A stretch of DNA of 40,985 nt from Clostridia bacterium. GTDB lineage: Bacteria > Bacillota > Clostridia > UMGS1883 > UMGS1540. The stretch lies in the NCBI GenBank assembly GCA_045592225.1, contig JAZNUH010000094.1, forward strand, positions 1 to 40,985, written 5' to 3'. The translations under genes and the position numbers were made by a program. How positions within the stretch are numbered: position 1 is the first letter of the stretch; each line of letters starts with the position of its first letter. Below the pieces are notes generated by a model. That model saw nothing but the letters and a program-made list of their open reading frames with translations, searched no databases and was not told the origin of the DNA. Positions 1 to 9,958 of this stretch are shown piece after piece.

Positions 1-8
1 TTGGTATA

Positions 9-1094
9 ATGGGCAGGACAACCAACAGACAGTATAACCACCTGTTAAAGGATGCCCACGGTGATGTTGTTGCCGCGGTACAAAACGGCGATGAAAACAC
101 CTACGCCTACGATGCTTTTGGTAACGAAAAGACACCCGACAGCACAGACGATAACCCCTTAAGATACTGCGGTGAATACTTTGACAAAGAATCGGGACTT
201 ATCTATCTCCGTAACCGCTACTATGACCCTGAACTGGGAAGATTCATAAATGAGGATCCCATACAGGATGGACTTAATTGGTATGCGTATTGTGGGAATA
301 ATCCAACGAACTATATAGACCCAACAGGGAGTACATATGTTAGGCTGAGGGGAATATTCCGTACGTATGGTGGAATAGGACGTTATAACAGCAGAATAAG
401 TCAGGTTTGGGCAGATTTTGATGGGCATCCGGAAGTAAATAGAAATTATGGGGCAAAAGATGGTTTTTGGTCGTTCGTTGATAAAACAGATAATAAAATG
501 TATATATGGATACCTACCTCTTCTCAAAAAGACAACGGAATAAATATGCCTTCTTTATCTGGAAACCAGGATGTAGATGTAATGTTGTATGCTGCATTAG
601 GAATGAGAGGGTATCAGGAAACTGGCAACAACAATACTATGTTTGGAGAACAATATGGCATTAATGGAGTAGCGTGGTGTGCTATGTTTGTGTCTTGGGC
701 GGCGAGCAAAGCAGGAATTTTATGTGGCGATAGCGGAGCGGATCCTAATTTTACTCCCAAATTAGCAATGAGTAATAATGGCGTTGTACCAGCGTTTAAA
801 TATTGCCCATATGGGATAGCGGCATACGGAGATAGATTCCATACAACCGCAGGGGGGTACTTACCTAAAGCAGGAGACACATTTTTTATGGGAGCAAAGG
901 GTGGAGATCATACAGGGTTGGTGTTAGCATATGAGAATGGTTATGTATATACAATAGAAGGGAACTCCAACGATAGCGTTGAAGTTAGACGGCGAAGTTT
1001 AAATTCAATTTATGGATTTGGTAGTAATGGAGGTACAAGTTATGGCATTGTTCCGAGTGACTACGATGGGATGGGAGGAGGAACCATACAGTGA
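9..1094 (+). CDS. RHS repeat-associated core protein with C-terminal CHAP (cysteine/histidine amidohydrolase-peptidase) toxin domain; probably 5'-truncated by the window edge
   Basis: RHS core signature YAYDAFG...NPLRYCGEYFDKESGLIYLRNRYYDPELGRFINEDP...NWYAYCGNNPTNYIDPTG. After DPTG come the CHAP motifs WCAMFVSW (Cys codon 678-680), PKAGD, HTGLV (His codon 909-911) and TIEGN. The frame is open back to position 3 (GGT ATA ATG), so the ATG at 9 is probably internal. Confidence 0.88.
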   Translation: MGRTTNRQYNHLLKDAHGDVVAAVQNGDENTYAYDAFGNEKTPDSTDDNPLRYCGEYFDKESGLIYLRNRYYDPELGRFINEDPIQDGLNWYAYCGNNPTNYIDPTGSTYVRLRGIFRTYGGIGRYNSRISQVWADFDGHPEVNRNYGAKDGFWSFVDKTDNKMYIWIPTSSQKDNGINMPSLSGNQDVDVMLYAALGMRGYQETGNNNTMFGEQYGINGVAWCAMFVSWAASKAGILCGDSGADPNFTPKLAMSNNGVVPAFKYCPYGIAAYGDRFHTTAGGYLPKAGDTFFMGAKGGDHTGLVLAYENGYVYTIEGNSNDSVEVRRRSLNSIYGFGSNGGTSYGIVPSDYDGMGGGTIQ

Positions 1095-1714
1095 AAAAGA
1101 ATATTGTATTTTTAAGCGGGATTTTTATTTTGCTACTTTCTGCTTGTGCCGGTAAAGAAAGTATAAACAGGGAGCCTTACATAAAGGAGAATATTTATTC
1201 GCAGGTTGAACTGGTTTCAAGTAATGCGGATATTATATACGAAAACAAAAACTGTGGTTACCGAATTTTGTTTCCCGAAGATTGGAATGGTTGGTTTAAT
1301 GTTTATGAAATAGAAAAGGGATGTACTCAAGTTTGGTTTGAAGGAGTATCAACTGTTTATTCTGTTGGCGACACAATAACAGGCTACCCGAAGGGAAGCC
1401 CAATGTTTTACATCATAACGCAAGAATATGCGGAAAACAATGTTGTGGATTCTATAGAAGTAATAGGAGAGATAGCCGGAGAAAAGTATTTTGTCGCAAC
1501 AGGGAGTAGTTCTCCGTGGGATTTTAGTATGTACCCAAGTGACGGACAATTTGACGAGTTCGATGAACAGTTGCTTAAGAAGCTGCTTTTACAGGAATCC
1601 TTAACAGAAGAAGATGCAATTCTGCTAGACCAATTAAAAGCAAGAAAGATGTCAACAGAAATAAGCCAAGTGTTACGCAGTTTTGGTGAGAGAAAAGGGG
1701 ACGGTTTGCGGTGA
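1091..1714 (+). CDS. Lipoprotein of unknown family, putative cognate immunity protein of the RHS-CHAP toxin
   Basis: The GTG start overlaps the toxin stop (GTGA) and follows a GGAGG RBS. Signal peptide MKKNIVFLSGIFILLLSA-C has lipobox LSAC, and the mature region is acidic. The immunity role is inferred from position. Confidence 0.75.
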   Translation: MKKNIVFLSGIFILLLSACAGKESINREPYIKENIYSQVELVSSNADIIYENKNCGYRILFPEDWNGWFNVYEIEKGCTQVWFEGVSTVYSVGDTITGYPKGSPMFYIITQEYAENNVVDSIEVIGEIAGEKYFVATGSSSPWDFSMYPSDGQFDEFDEQLLKKLLLQESLTEEDAILLDQLKARKMSTEISQVLRSFGERKGDGLR

Positions 1715-1751
1715 CCCCAAGGAAAGACAAGGGGATGGTTTTGCTGTGTCC
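1691..1751 (+). repeat. Two imperfect ~26-bp direct repeats (AGA[A/C]AAGGGGA[C/T]GGTTT[T]GC[G/T]GTG[A/T]CC)
   Basis: agaaaaggggacggtttgcggtgacc (1691-1716) aligns with agacaaggggatggttttgctgtgtcc (1725-1751). Confidence 0.6.
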
Positions 1752-1796
1752 TTATCTCCTGATGACCGATAGTGTCAGGACAAGAAAAATATAATG

Positions 1797-1830
1797 CAAA
1801 AAAAGCGGTGTGAATATTCACACCGCTTTT
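1797..1830. terminator. Bidirectional rho-independent terminator between the convergent lipoprotein gene and gap
   Basis: Perfect 30-bp palindrome aaaagcggtgtgaatattcacaccgctttt (1801-1830) with A/T runs on both sides. Confidence 0.85.
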
Positions 1831-1846
1831 AAGGTTTTGGGTTTAA

Positions 1847-2884
<1,038 letters not shown>

Positions 2885-2908
2885 TTAAATATTTAAAAAA
2901 TATTTTTA

Positions 2909-3526
2909 TTATTTAACGGTGATTGATTTTATCACCGGTTTTTCTATGGGTGTCTGTCCGTCTGCTGAAACGGGGGTAGCCGCCAGCTCGTCCAATGTTT
3001 CAAATCCGTTTATCACTCTGCCGAATGCCGCATACTGACCATCTAAATAAAGTGCATCCTCGTGGCAGATGAAAAACTGTGATGAAGCGCTGTTCATATC
3101 CTGGCTTCTTGCCATTGAAATTACGCCGCGCTTGTGCGAAAGAGTGTTTGCAACACCGTTGGCTGTAAATTCACCCTTTATGGTTTCCTTGGAGCCGCCG
3201 TAGCCTGTGCCCTCGGGGTCGCCGCCCTGAATCATAAAGCCGTGAATGATTCTGTGGAAGGTAAGACCGTTGTAGAAACCGTCATTTGCAAGCTTAACAA
3301 AATTTTCAACGGTTTTGGGGGCAATTTCGGGATAAAGCTCAAGGTCCATTGTGTTGCCGTTTTCCATTGTAATAGTTACCATGACTTTCTCTCCTTGAAT
3401 TATAGTAGTATCCTCTATGTTGCTCTGCTCTGCAGGAGCCTGTGTAGTTTCTGTAGCAGTATTACCTGCACAGCCTGCCGAGGCAAATAACATAATAACA
3501 CAGAGGAGAGTGCTTATAAGTTTCAT
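2909..3526 (-). CDS. Cyclophilin-type peptidyl-prolyl cis-trans isomerase, lipoprotein
   Basis: APKTVENF, FYNGLTFHRII.GFMIQGGDP, HKRGVISMARS, SASSQFFI and LDGQYAAFG motifs; N-terminal lipobox SAGC; GGAGG RBS. Confidence 0.93.
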   Translation of the reverse strand: MKLISTLLCVIMLFASAGCAGNTATETTQAPAEQSNIEDTTIIQGEKVMVTITMENGNTMDLELYPEIAPKTVENFVKLANDGFYNGLTFHRIIHGFMIQGGDPEGTGYGGSKETIKGEFTANGVANTLSHKRGVISMARSQDMNSASSQFFICHEDALYLDGQYAAFGRVINGFETLDELAATPVSADGQTPIEKPVIKSITVK

Positions 3527-3547
3527 TTAAAACACCTCCGAATCTAT

Positions 3548-3576
3548 ATTATAACCTTTTTTATCCATAATTTCAA
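3548..3576 (-). promoter_or_regulatory. sigmaA promoter for the cyclophilin(-gap) transcript
   Basis: Minus strand TTGAAA-N17-TATAAT just upstream of the RBS. Confidence 0.7.
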
Positions 3577-3617
3577 TACTTTTTTTAAATATATATAGGA
3601 AATAACAGGATTACGGA

Positions 3618-4517
3618 TTAGTAACCGAATTCAGCAGAAAGCAGCTGGGCAGTAGCACCGTCATCCTTGAGGTAGTAGGATGTGGAGCCTACATACTCTG
3701 CGTGCCCGGGAATCATATATGTGGCAACATTATCAACACCAATATCAAGGCAAAGCTTTGCATATTCGGTAAGGTCGCCTACTGTGAGGTTGCTTATAAC
3801 ATTTTCGGTAAGGCTGTCATATACCTCGGGCAGCTGGAAAATGTACTCGGGGCGAAGCTTTTGCCGTACCATTTCGGAAATAAAGTCCTGCTGAACCTCA
3901 ATTCTCTGCAAATCGCCGTTTGCGTAGTCGGCGCGGTAGCGGATAAGACCCTCTGCCGCCTGACCGTCAAGCACCTGCTGTCCCTGATAAATACAAATAT
4001 GCAAATCCTGATAGGGGTCGTCATATATATAATCTCTTGGAACGTTATACTCAACACCGCCGAGTGCATCCACAATTTCGCGGAAGGTTTTGGTGTTGAT
4101 TACAGCATAGTAATGAATGGGCAGACCTGTAAGGTCGCTTATGGTGCTGATGAGCAGCTCTTCTTTTTTCTGTCCCGTGTTTATTGCGTAGGCATAAACA
4201 GAATTCAGCTTGCGGTAGTTGCCGCCAACATAAACTCTTGTGTCACGGGGGACAGACATTACATTAACCTTGCTGTCTTTTTTGTTTATATTCAGAACCA
4301 TCATAACATCGGTGTTATATCCGACTGTGTCCATACCCACAACAAGGATATTTACAATACCGTCACTGCGTACAGGCTGAAGTGCATTACCGTGGTCACC
4401 AACCTTAAAGGGTGAAACTGCAATGCGCGCAACAAATACACCGCTGGCAACAGCAATAAAAATCATAACAACCGATGCAACTATAAGAAGATATTTCTTA
4501 ACATTCATAGTAATCAC
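3618..4517 (-). CDS. LCP (LytR-CpsA-Psr) family cell-wall glycopolymer transferase
   Basis: N-terminal TM helix, then NILVVGMD...TDVMM...SVPRDTRV...KLNSVY...VDALGGV...LDGQAAEGLIRYR...GDLQR. The start may be the ATG at 4508. Confidence 0.9.
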   Translation of the reverse strand: MITMNVKKYLLIVASVVMIFIAVASGVFVARIAVSPFKVGDHGNALQPVRSDGIVNILVVGMDTVGYNTDVMMVLNINKKDSKVNVMSVPRDTRVYVGGNYRKLNSVYAYAINTGQKKEELLISTISDLTGLPIHYYAVINTKTFREIVDALGGVEYNVPRDYIYDDPYQDLHICIYQGQQVLDGQAAEGLIRYRADYANGDLQRIEVQQDFISEMVRQKLRPEYIFQLPEVYDSLTENVISNLTVGDLTEYAKLCLDIGVDNVATYMIPGHAEYVGSTSYYLKDDGATAQLLSAEFGY

Positions 4518-4553
4518 CGTAAAAGATTCAAAGTTTGTGTTTAGCCATTTTGC

Positions 4554-4582
4554 ATTATATCAAAAATTTTCTCAAAAGTCAA
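4554..4582 (-). promoter_or_regulatory. sigmaA promoter (extended -10) for the LCP gene
   Basis: Minus strand TTGACT-N17-TATAAT with TG two bases before the -10 box. Confidence 0.7.
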
Positions 4583-4635
4583 TTTAATAATTTATAAATA
4601 AAATGTGAATAAACTGTGTATTTTTAGGCATTTTA

Positions 4636-5709
4636 TCAGTTTGACAGGCGCACAGACAAACTTTTGCTGCCACCCCCCTGACCGATAAGGGTTACGCTGA
4701 CCCTGTCACCCGGCTTGTAGCTGAAAAGCTGCTGTCGGAGTGTGAGCATGGAATTTACTGCTACGCCACCTATATGGGTTATTATGTCTCCCTGCATTAT
4801 TCCTGCGTCGGCAGCAGGACCGTCCGGGTCGGTTTCGGATACATAAATGCCGCTTTCTCCTTTAAAACTGCCTCCCATATAAAGGGTGGTATTTTTGTCA
4901 TAGGCAAAAAGTCCGAGATAGGGTGTGACGAAATCGCCCTCGGCAACAATGCGGTCAACTATGGGGCGGAAAAGGTCGGAGGGAATGGCAAAGCCAATGC
5001 CCTCGGCAGAGGATACCTTGACGGTGTTTATTCCTATAACCTCGCCCGACATATTTATAAGCGGACCTCCGCTGTTTCCCGGGTTTATGGAAGCGTCGGT
5101 CTGGATAAGATTTTCCATGTAGTACTCCGAGCCGTCTGAAGCGGTAAGGGGCACACTTCTGCCGGTAGCACTTATTATTCCTGCGGTAACAGTTCGCTGA
5201 AACTGAAGGGACAGGGGATTGCCTATGGCTATAACACCTTCTCCCACCTGTACCGACGAGGAATTACCCAAAGCTGCGGTGGGAAGGGAAGAGGCGGAAA
5301 CGTCAATTACCGCAAGGTCTAAAAATTCGTCACTCCATACAGTGGAGGCAGTAAGGCTCTGCCCGTCGTGAAGTGTTACATATATATTGTCTGCATTAGC
5401 TATAACGTGATGGTTTGTCAGAATGTAACCGTCGCTGCTGACAATTACTCCCGAACCCATACTCCACGCCTCGGATGCAGAGGGTGAGTAAAGGGAGTGC
5501 CTGTTTGTATTTGACGAAATTCCCACCACCGAGGGGATAAGCTGTTTTGAAACGGTGGGAATATCACCCGAAGCGGGTTGCGACAGGCTTGAAATTTCAT
5601 AAGTGGGAGCAGGCGCAGAGGGTGTTTTGTGGTTTACCATAACCGATATGCCCAAAGCCACCAGCCCGGAAGCAATAACTGTAAGCAAAAACCCTATATT
5701 TTTTCTCAA
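4636..5709 (-). CDS. htrA: HtrA/DegP-like membrane-anchored serine protease with PDZ domain
   Basis: GSGVIV...ILTNHHV (His), DLAVI (Asp), IQTDASINPGNSGGPL (Ser) and a C-terminal PDZ (GPAADAGIMQGDII). The start is moved to TTG 5709 because an AAGGAG RBS lies just upstream. Confidence 0.92.
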   Translation of the reverse strand: MRKNIGFLLTVIASGLVALGISVMVNHKTPSAPAPTYEISSLSQPASGDIPTVSKQLIPSVVGISSNTNRHSLYSPSASEAWSMGSGVIVSSDGYILTNHHVIANADNIYVTLHDGQSLTASTVWSDEFLDLAVIDVSASSLPTAALGNSSSVQVGEGVIAIGNPLSLQFQRTVTAGIISATGRSVPLTASDGSEYYMENLIQTDASINPGNSGGPLINMSGEVIGINTVKVSSAEGIGFAIPSDLFRPIVDRIVAEGDFVTPYLGLFAYDKNTTLYMGGSFKGESGIYVSETDPDGPAADAGIMQGDIITHIGGVAVNSMLTLRQQLFSYKPGDRVSVTLIGQGGGSKSLSVRLSN

Positions 5710-5797
5710 AAAATCATCTCCTTTGCCTTTATTTTTCCGCCGGTGCATAAAAAAATGAAAAAACTTAAAATAAATTTAATTTTTTTTTAAAAAACTA

Positions 5798-5826
5798 TTG
5801 AAATCCATGTAAAAATGGTGTAAAAT
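5798..5826 (+). promoter_or_regulatory. sigmaA promoter of the dcw operon
   Basis: TTGAAA (5798-5803)-N17-TAAAAT (5821-5826) with an AT-rich upstream tract. Confidence 0.7.
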
Positions 5827-5832
5827 TTGTGT

Positions 5833-5869
5833 AAAGTGGTATAAAGTAGCACGAAATGTCACAAAGTGG
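5833..5869 (+). promoter_or_regulatory. MraZ-binding direct repeats (10-bp period)
   Basis: AAAGTGG (5833), AAAGTAG (5843), GAAATGT (5853) and AAAGTGG (5863) lie immediately upstream of mraZ, matching the known GTGG-type MraZ operator arrays. Confidence 0.75.
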
Positions 5870-5881
5870 GGAGGTGAAGGC

Positions 5882-6316
5882 ATGTTCGAAGGTCAATTTT
5901 TTCATAATATTGATGCAAAGGGAAGGATAGTTATGCCTTCACAGCTCAGGGAAGGACTGGGTGAAACTTTTGTAATCACACGAGGATATGAGGGCTGCCT
6001 CACCGTTTATTCGCAGGAAGAATGGGAAAGGTTTGCGGCAAGGCTTGCGGCAATGCCGGAGCATAATGCAGCTGCAAGACGAATTCTTCGTATTTTCTCG
6101 TCGGGCGCAGCAAGATGTGAAGCGGACAAGCAGGGCAGAATATTAATTCCTTCTCATTTAAGAGAATATGCCGGCATTGAAAAAGAGGTTGTAATAATCG
6201 GCACACTTTCAAAGATTGAACTCTGGGATGCTGAAAAGTGGAACAAATATAACAGTGATGATGATGCCCTTTCTCTCGAAGAGGCTGCTGAAAGTCTTTC
6301 TGCTTTCGGAGGTTGA
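5882..6316 (+). CDS. mraZ: Division/cell wall cluster transcriptional repressor MraZ
   Basis: Two DxxGR motifs ([16 protein letters not shown]); first gene of the dcw cluster. Confidence 0.97.
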   Translation: MFEGQFFHNIDAKGRIVMPSQLREGLGETFVITRGYEGCLTVYSQEEWERFAARLAAMPEHNAAARRILRIFSSGAARCEADKQGRILIPSHLREYAGIEKEVVIIGTLSKIELWDAEKWNKYNSDDDALSLEEAAESLSAFGG

Positions 6317-6318
6317 TT

Positions 6319-7242
6319 ATGGAGTTTCACCATATTACAGTGCTCAAGCAGGAAACGGTAAACGGTCTTTGTGTTAAAAAAGGCGGTATTTACGTTGATA
6401 TGACTCTCGGTGGCGGCGGTCATAGCGAGGAGATAATAAAAAGAGGCGGCAAGGTTATTGGAATTGACCGCGACATAAATGCCATCCGCGCGGCAAGTGA
6501 GCGACTTGCATGGGCGGGGGACAGCTTTAAGGCGGTAAAGGGCAACTTTAAAGATATAAAGCCCATACTTGCAGAGCAGGGTATTGACAAGGTTGATGGT
6601 GTGGTAATGGACCTTGGAGTATCATCCCCACAGCTTGATGAAGCGGAAAGAGGCTTTTCCTATATGCAGGATGCACCCCTTGATATGCGAATGGACAGGG
6701 ACGAGCTATTTACTGCATATGATGTGGTAAACGGATATGACGCATCAAAGCTTATGCGCGTTATAAGTGACTACGGTGAAGAGCGCTGGGCAAAAAGAAT
6801 TGCCGAATTTATAGTAAAGGCAAGACAAAAGGAAGAAATCAAGACCACAGGTGAGCTTGTGGATATAATAAAAGCCGCAATTCCCAAAGCGGCAAGGGGT
6901 GACGGACATCCCGCGAAAAGAACCTTTCAGGCAATAAGAATAGAGGTTAACGGTGAACTTAAAATTTTAGAGCAGGCGGCGGCAGATGCTGTGGACATGC
7001 TCGCAAAGGGCGGCAGAATATCGGTAATAACCTTCCATTCGCTTGAAGACAGAATAATAAAGAATTTGTTTGTAAGCCTTAAAAACAGTTGCACATGCCC
7101 CAAGGATTTTCCTGTTTGTGTGTGCGGCGGTGAACAGAAAATAAAAATAATAACAAGTAAGCCGGTAATTGCAGATGCCAACGAACTGGAGCAAAACTCC
7201 AGAGCAAAAAGTGCAAAACTCCGGGTTGCGGAAAGGATGTAA
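6319..7242 (+). CDS. rsmH: 16S rRNA m4C1402 methyltransferase RsmH (MraW)
   Basis: [47 protein letters not shown] and ITFHSLEDR motifs. The ATG at 6319 is chosen from GGAGG spacing. Confidence 0.97.
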   Translation: MEFHHITVLKQETVNGLCVKKGGIYVDMTLGGGGHSEEIIKRGGKVIGIDRDINAIRAASERLAWAGDSFKAVKGNFKDIKPILAEQGIDKVDGVVMDLGVSSPQLDEAERGFSYMQDAPLDMRMDRDELFTAYDVVNGYDASKLMRVISDYGEERWAKRIAEFIVKARQKEEIKTTGELVDIIKAAIPKAARGDGHPAKRTFQAIRIEVNGELKILEQAAADAVDMLAKGGRISVITFHSLEDRIIKNLFVSLKNSCTCPKDFPVCVCGGEQKIKIITSKPVIADANELEQNSRAKSAKLRVAERM

Positions 7243-7245
7243 ACG

Positions 7246-7701
7246 GTGCAACCAGTATACGGAAGCAATGCGTACAAATATGAAACAGCTCGTCAGTACA
7301 GTAAAGAGACGCAGGTAAAAACACGAAAGAAAGTAAGCAGAAGACCTAAAAAAGCGGTTATAAAGAGCTTGTTACTCACCGCTTTAGTTACCTTGCTTGC
7401 TTTTTGTCTTTTAGGAAGAAATGCACAGATTATTGAACAGTCGAGCCAGATTGCACGTTTAGAAAACGAGATTGCCGCAACCGAGGCTAAAATTATAGAA
7501 AAACAGTTTGAAATGGAAAAGAAAATCGACCTGAATGCTATAGAGGACAGAGCTATAGCTGTTCTTGGAATGCAAAGACCTGAAAAATCGCAGATAGTTT
7601 ACATAGATATGCACGCAGAGGATTATACAGAGGGTGGTGCACAGCAGAAGAATAACGCGGGAATTATAAGTGCATTTATAAAACGTATATGGAATAATTA
7701 A
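7246..7701 (+). CDS. ftsL: FtsL-like cell division protein (basic N-terminus, single TM helix, coiled coil)
   Basis: Lies between rsmH and the class B PBP; TM helix followed by a coiled coil and IEDRAIAVLGMQRP. Confidence 0.75.
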   Translation: MQPVYGSNAYKYETARQYSKETQVKTRKKVSRRPKKAVIKSLLLTALVTLLAFCLLGRNAQIIEQSSQIARLENEIAATEAKIIEKQFEMEKKIDLNAIEDRAIAVLGMQRPEKSQIVYIDMHAEDYTEGGAQQKNNAGIISAFIKRIWNN

Positions 7702-7755
7702 ATGCACGTGTTTATATATTAATATTATAAAATTTAAAAAGGAGGTCTGTCATAG

Positions 7756-9942
7756 GTGGCTAAGAGCAAGAAAAATATCAAGAAGCGTATGATGGGTCTC
7801 TATATTGTTTTTTTAGTATGCATGGTCATTTTACTGGGTGTAACCGCCTACTGGCAGTTTATACGCGGCAGCTGGCTTAAGGAGGAGGCTGAAAAGCAGC
7901 AGACGCGCGACAGCCTTGTAACCGCAAAGCGCGGTGTTATTTATGACCGTAATATGAAGGTTATTGCACAAAGTGCAAGTGCATATATGGTGTGCGTTGT
8001 GCCTGTGGAAATAAATAAAGAAGAAGGCAACGCCGAAATGGTGTCCAAGGCACTTTCCGAAATCCTTGATATAGACTATGAAGCGGTATATGAAAAAACA
8101 CAGAGAGATTCATACTACGAAATTGTAGCAAAAAAAGTAGAACAGAGTGATGTTGATAAAATTAAGGCGCTGGAGCTTCCCGGTGTAAGATTTGACGAGG
8201 ATACAAAGAGATATTACCCCAACGGTAACTTTGCATCCCACGTTATCGGCTTTACAGGGGATGATAACCAGGGCCTTGACGGCATTGAGGCAATTTTAAA
8301 CGAGGAGCTCAGCGGAATATCGGGCAGAATAAGAACGGCAAAGAATGCGGCAGGCACCGATATGCCCTACGAACACGAAGAATACGTTGACCCGGTAGAC
8401 GGAGGAGACGTTGTACTTACAATAGATGAGGTTATCCAGCACTTTACCGAAAAGCACCTTGAAGATGCACGCATAAATAATAGTATTCTGGAGGGTGCTT
8501 CAGCCATTGTTATGAATCCGCAGACGGGCGAAATACTTGCAATGACCACCAAGCCCGATTTTGACTTAAATCAGCCATTCCTTATAGAGGACGAAGAAAT
8601 TCTGAGCATAATTGCCGAGCTTGAAGGTGACGAAAAAACCAAAGCAGTAAACGAGGCACTGCAAAAGAAGTGGAGAAACAAGGCAACGGTTGATACATAC
8701 GAGCCGGGCTCAACCTTCAAGGCAATGGTTGCGGCAGCGGCAATAGAAGAAAATGTTATAGGACCGAATGACACCTTCACCTGCACAGGCTCCAAAACAG
8801 TTTCGGGCGTGCCTATAAGATGTCACAAGGTTACCGGACACGGCACACAGACCTTTGAAGAAGCGGTTAAAAATTCCTGTAACCCCGCACTTATGGAAAT
8901 TGGCGCAAAGCTGGGCAAGGAAAACTTTATAAAATATTTCAAGGCATTCGGATTTATGGAAAAAACAGGACTTGAGCTTGGCGAATCTGTGGGTATTTTC
9001 CATAACCCCAAAAGCTTTACAGAACTGAATCTGGCAACAAGCTCCTTCGGACAGAGCTTTACTGTTACACCCTTGCAGATGATTAATGCAATGTGTGCAA
9101 TAGCAAACGGCGGCAATCTTATGAAGCCCCACCTTGTAAAAGAGGTAATCGGGCAGGACGGTTCAATAATAACCACGGTAGAGCCGGAGATAATCCGTCA
9201 GGTTATATCCAAGGATACAAGCGACAAGATGCGTACAATACTCGAAAGCGTTGTATCCGACGGCGGCGGTAAAAACGCCTATGTAAAAGGCTACAGAGTA
9301 GCCGGCAAAACGGGTACAAGTGAAAAGCTTCCCCGTGGAAGCGGAACATACATAGCATCATTTCTGGGCTTTGCCCCTGCCGACAATCCGCAGATAGCGG
9401 TTATAGTAATGCTTGACAATCCCGGTGGTGACGAATACTACGGCGGTATGATTGCGGCACCTGTTGTAGGCAGAATAATGGAGGATACTCTCCGTTATCT
9501 GGGCGTTGAACCGCAGTACACGGCAGAAGAGCTTGAAAGCAACGAAACAGCAATACCCGAGGTTGTGGGTATGAGCCTGTCCGAAGCACAGGGCACACTT
9601 GCAAATAACGGATTTAAATATCTTGTTGTGGGTGAGGGTGACAAGGTAATAAGCCAGATGCCCAAGGCAGGAACAAGACTCGGTGCAAATGCAATTTGCA
9701 TACTTTATACTGCAGAGGGAAGCGACGGACAAACGGCAGTAGTGCCCGATGTAACACAAATGTCGGCGTATGACTGTAACTATACACTTACAAACGCAGG
9801 GCTTAACTTTAAAGTAACAGGGCCGGGCAAAAACATACAAAACGGCGCGGCAATGGCAATTAAGCAGGAGCCTGCACCGGGAACAGAGCTGCCGCTCGGC
9901 TCGGTGGTAAGCGTTGAATTCAGAAGTGTGAGCATTGAATAA
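7756..9942 (+). CDS. spoVD: Class B penicillin-binding protein with two PASTA domains (SpoVD/FtsI type)
   Basis: RGVIYDRN and RYYP dimerisation-domain motifs; SxxK (EPGSTFK), SxN (SCN) and KTG (GKTGT); C-terminal PASTA repeats (IPEVVG, VPDVT). Confidence 0.88.
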   Translation: MAKSKKNIKKRMMGLYIVFLVCMVILLGVTAYWQFIRGSWLKEEAEKQQTRDSLVTAKRGVIYDRNMKVIAQSASAYMVCVVPVEINKEEGNAEMVSKALSEILDIDYEAVYEKTQRDSYYEIVAKKVEQSDVDKIKALELPGVRFDEDTKRYYPNGNFASHVIGFTGDDNQGLDGIEAILNEELSGISGRIRTAKNAAGTDMPYEHEEYVDPVDGGDVVLTIDEVIQHFTEKHLEDARINNSILEGASAIVMNPQTGEILAMTTKPDFDLNQPFLIEDEEILSIIAELEGDEKTKAVNEALQKKWRNKATVDTYEPGSTFKAMVAAAAIEENVIGPNDTFTCTGSKTVSGVPIRCHKVTGHGTQTFEEAVKNSCNPALMEIGAKLGKENFIKYFKAFGFMEKTGLELGESVGIFHNPKSFTELNLATSSFGQSFTVTPLQMINAMCAIANGGNLMKPHLVKEVIGQDGSIITTVEPEIIRQVISKDTSDKMRTILESVVSDGGGKNAYVKGYRVAGKTGTSEKLPRGSGTYIASFLGFAPADNPQIAVIVMLDNPGGDEYYGGMIAAPVVGRIMEDTLRYLGVEPQYTAEELESNETAIPEVVGMSLSEAQGTLANNGFKYLVVGEGDKVISQMPKAGTRLGANAICILYTAEGSDGQTAVVPDVTQMSAYDCNYTLTNAGLNFKVTGPGKNIQNGAAMAIKQEPAPGTELPLGSVVSVEFRSVSIE

Positions 9943-9958
9943 TATGGAGGAGTAATTT

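Noticed and set aside
5710-5748. N-terminal extension MHRRKNKGKGDDF of HtrA (also the ORF-track extensions of ftsW, lysR, the CofE-like gene and argG)
   Set aside because: Each extension contains the RBS of a downstream start codon, so the shorter starts were used.
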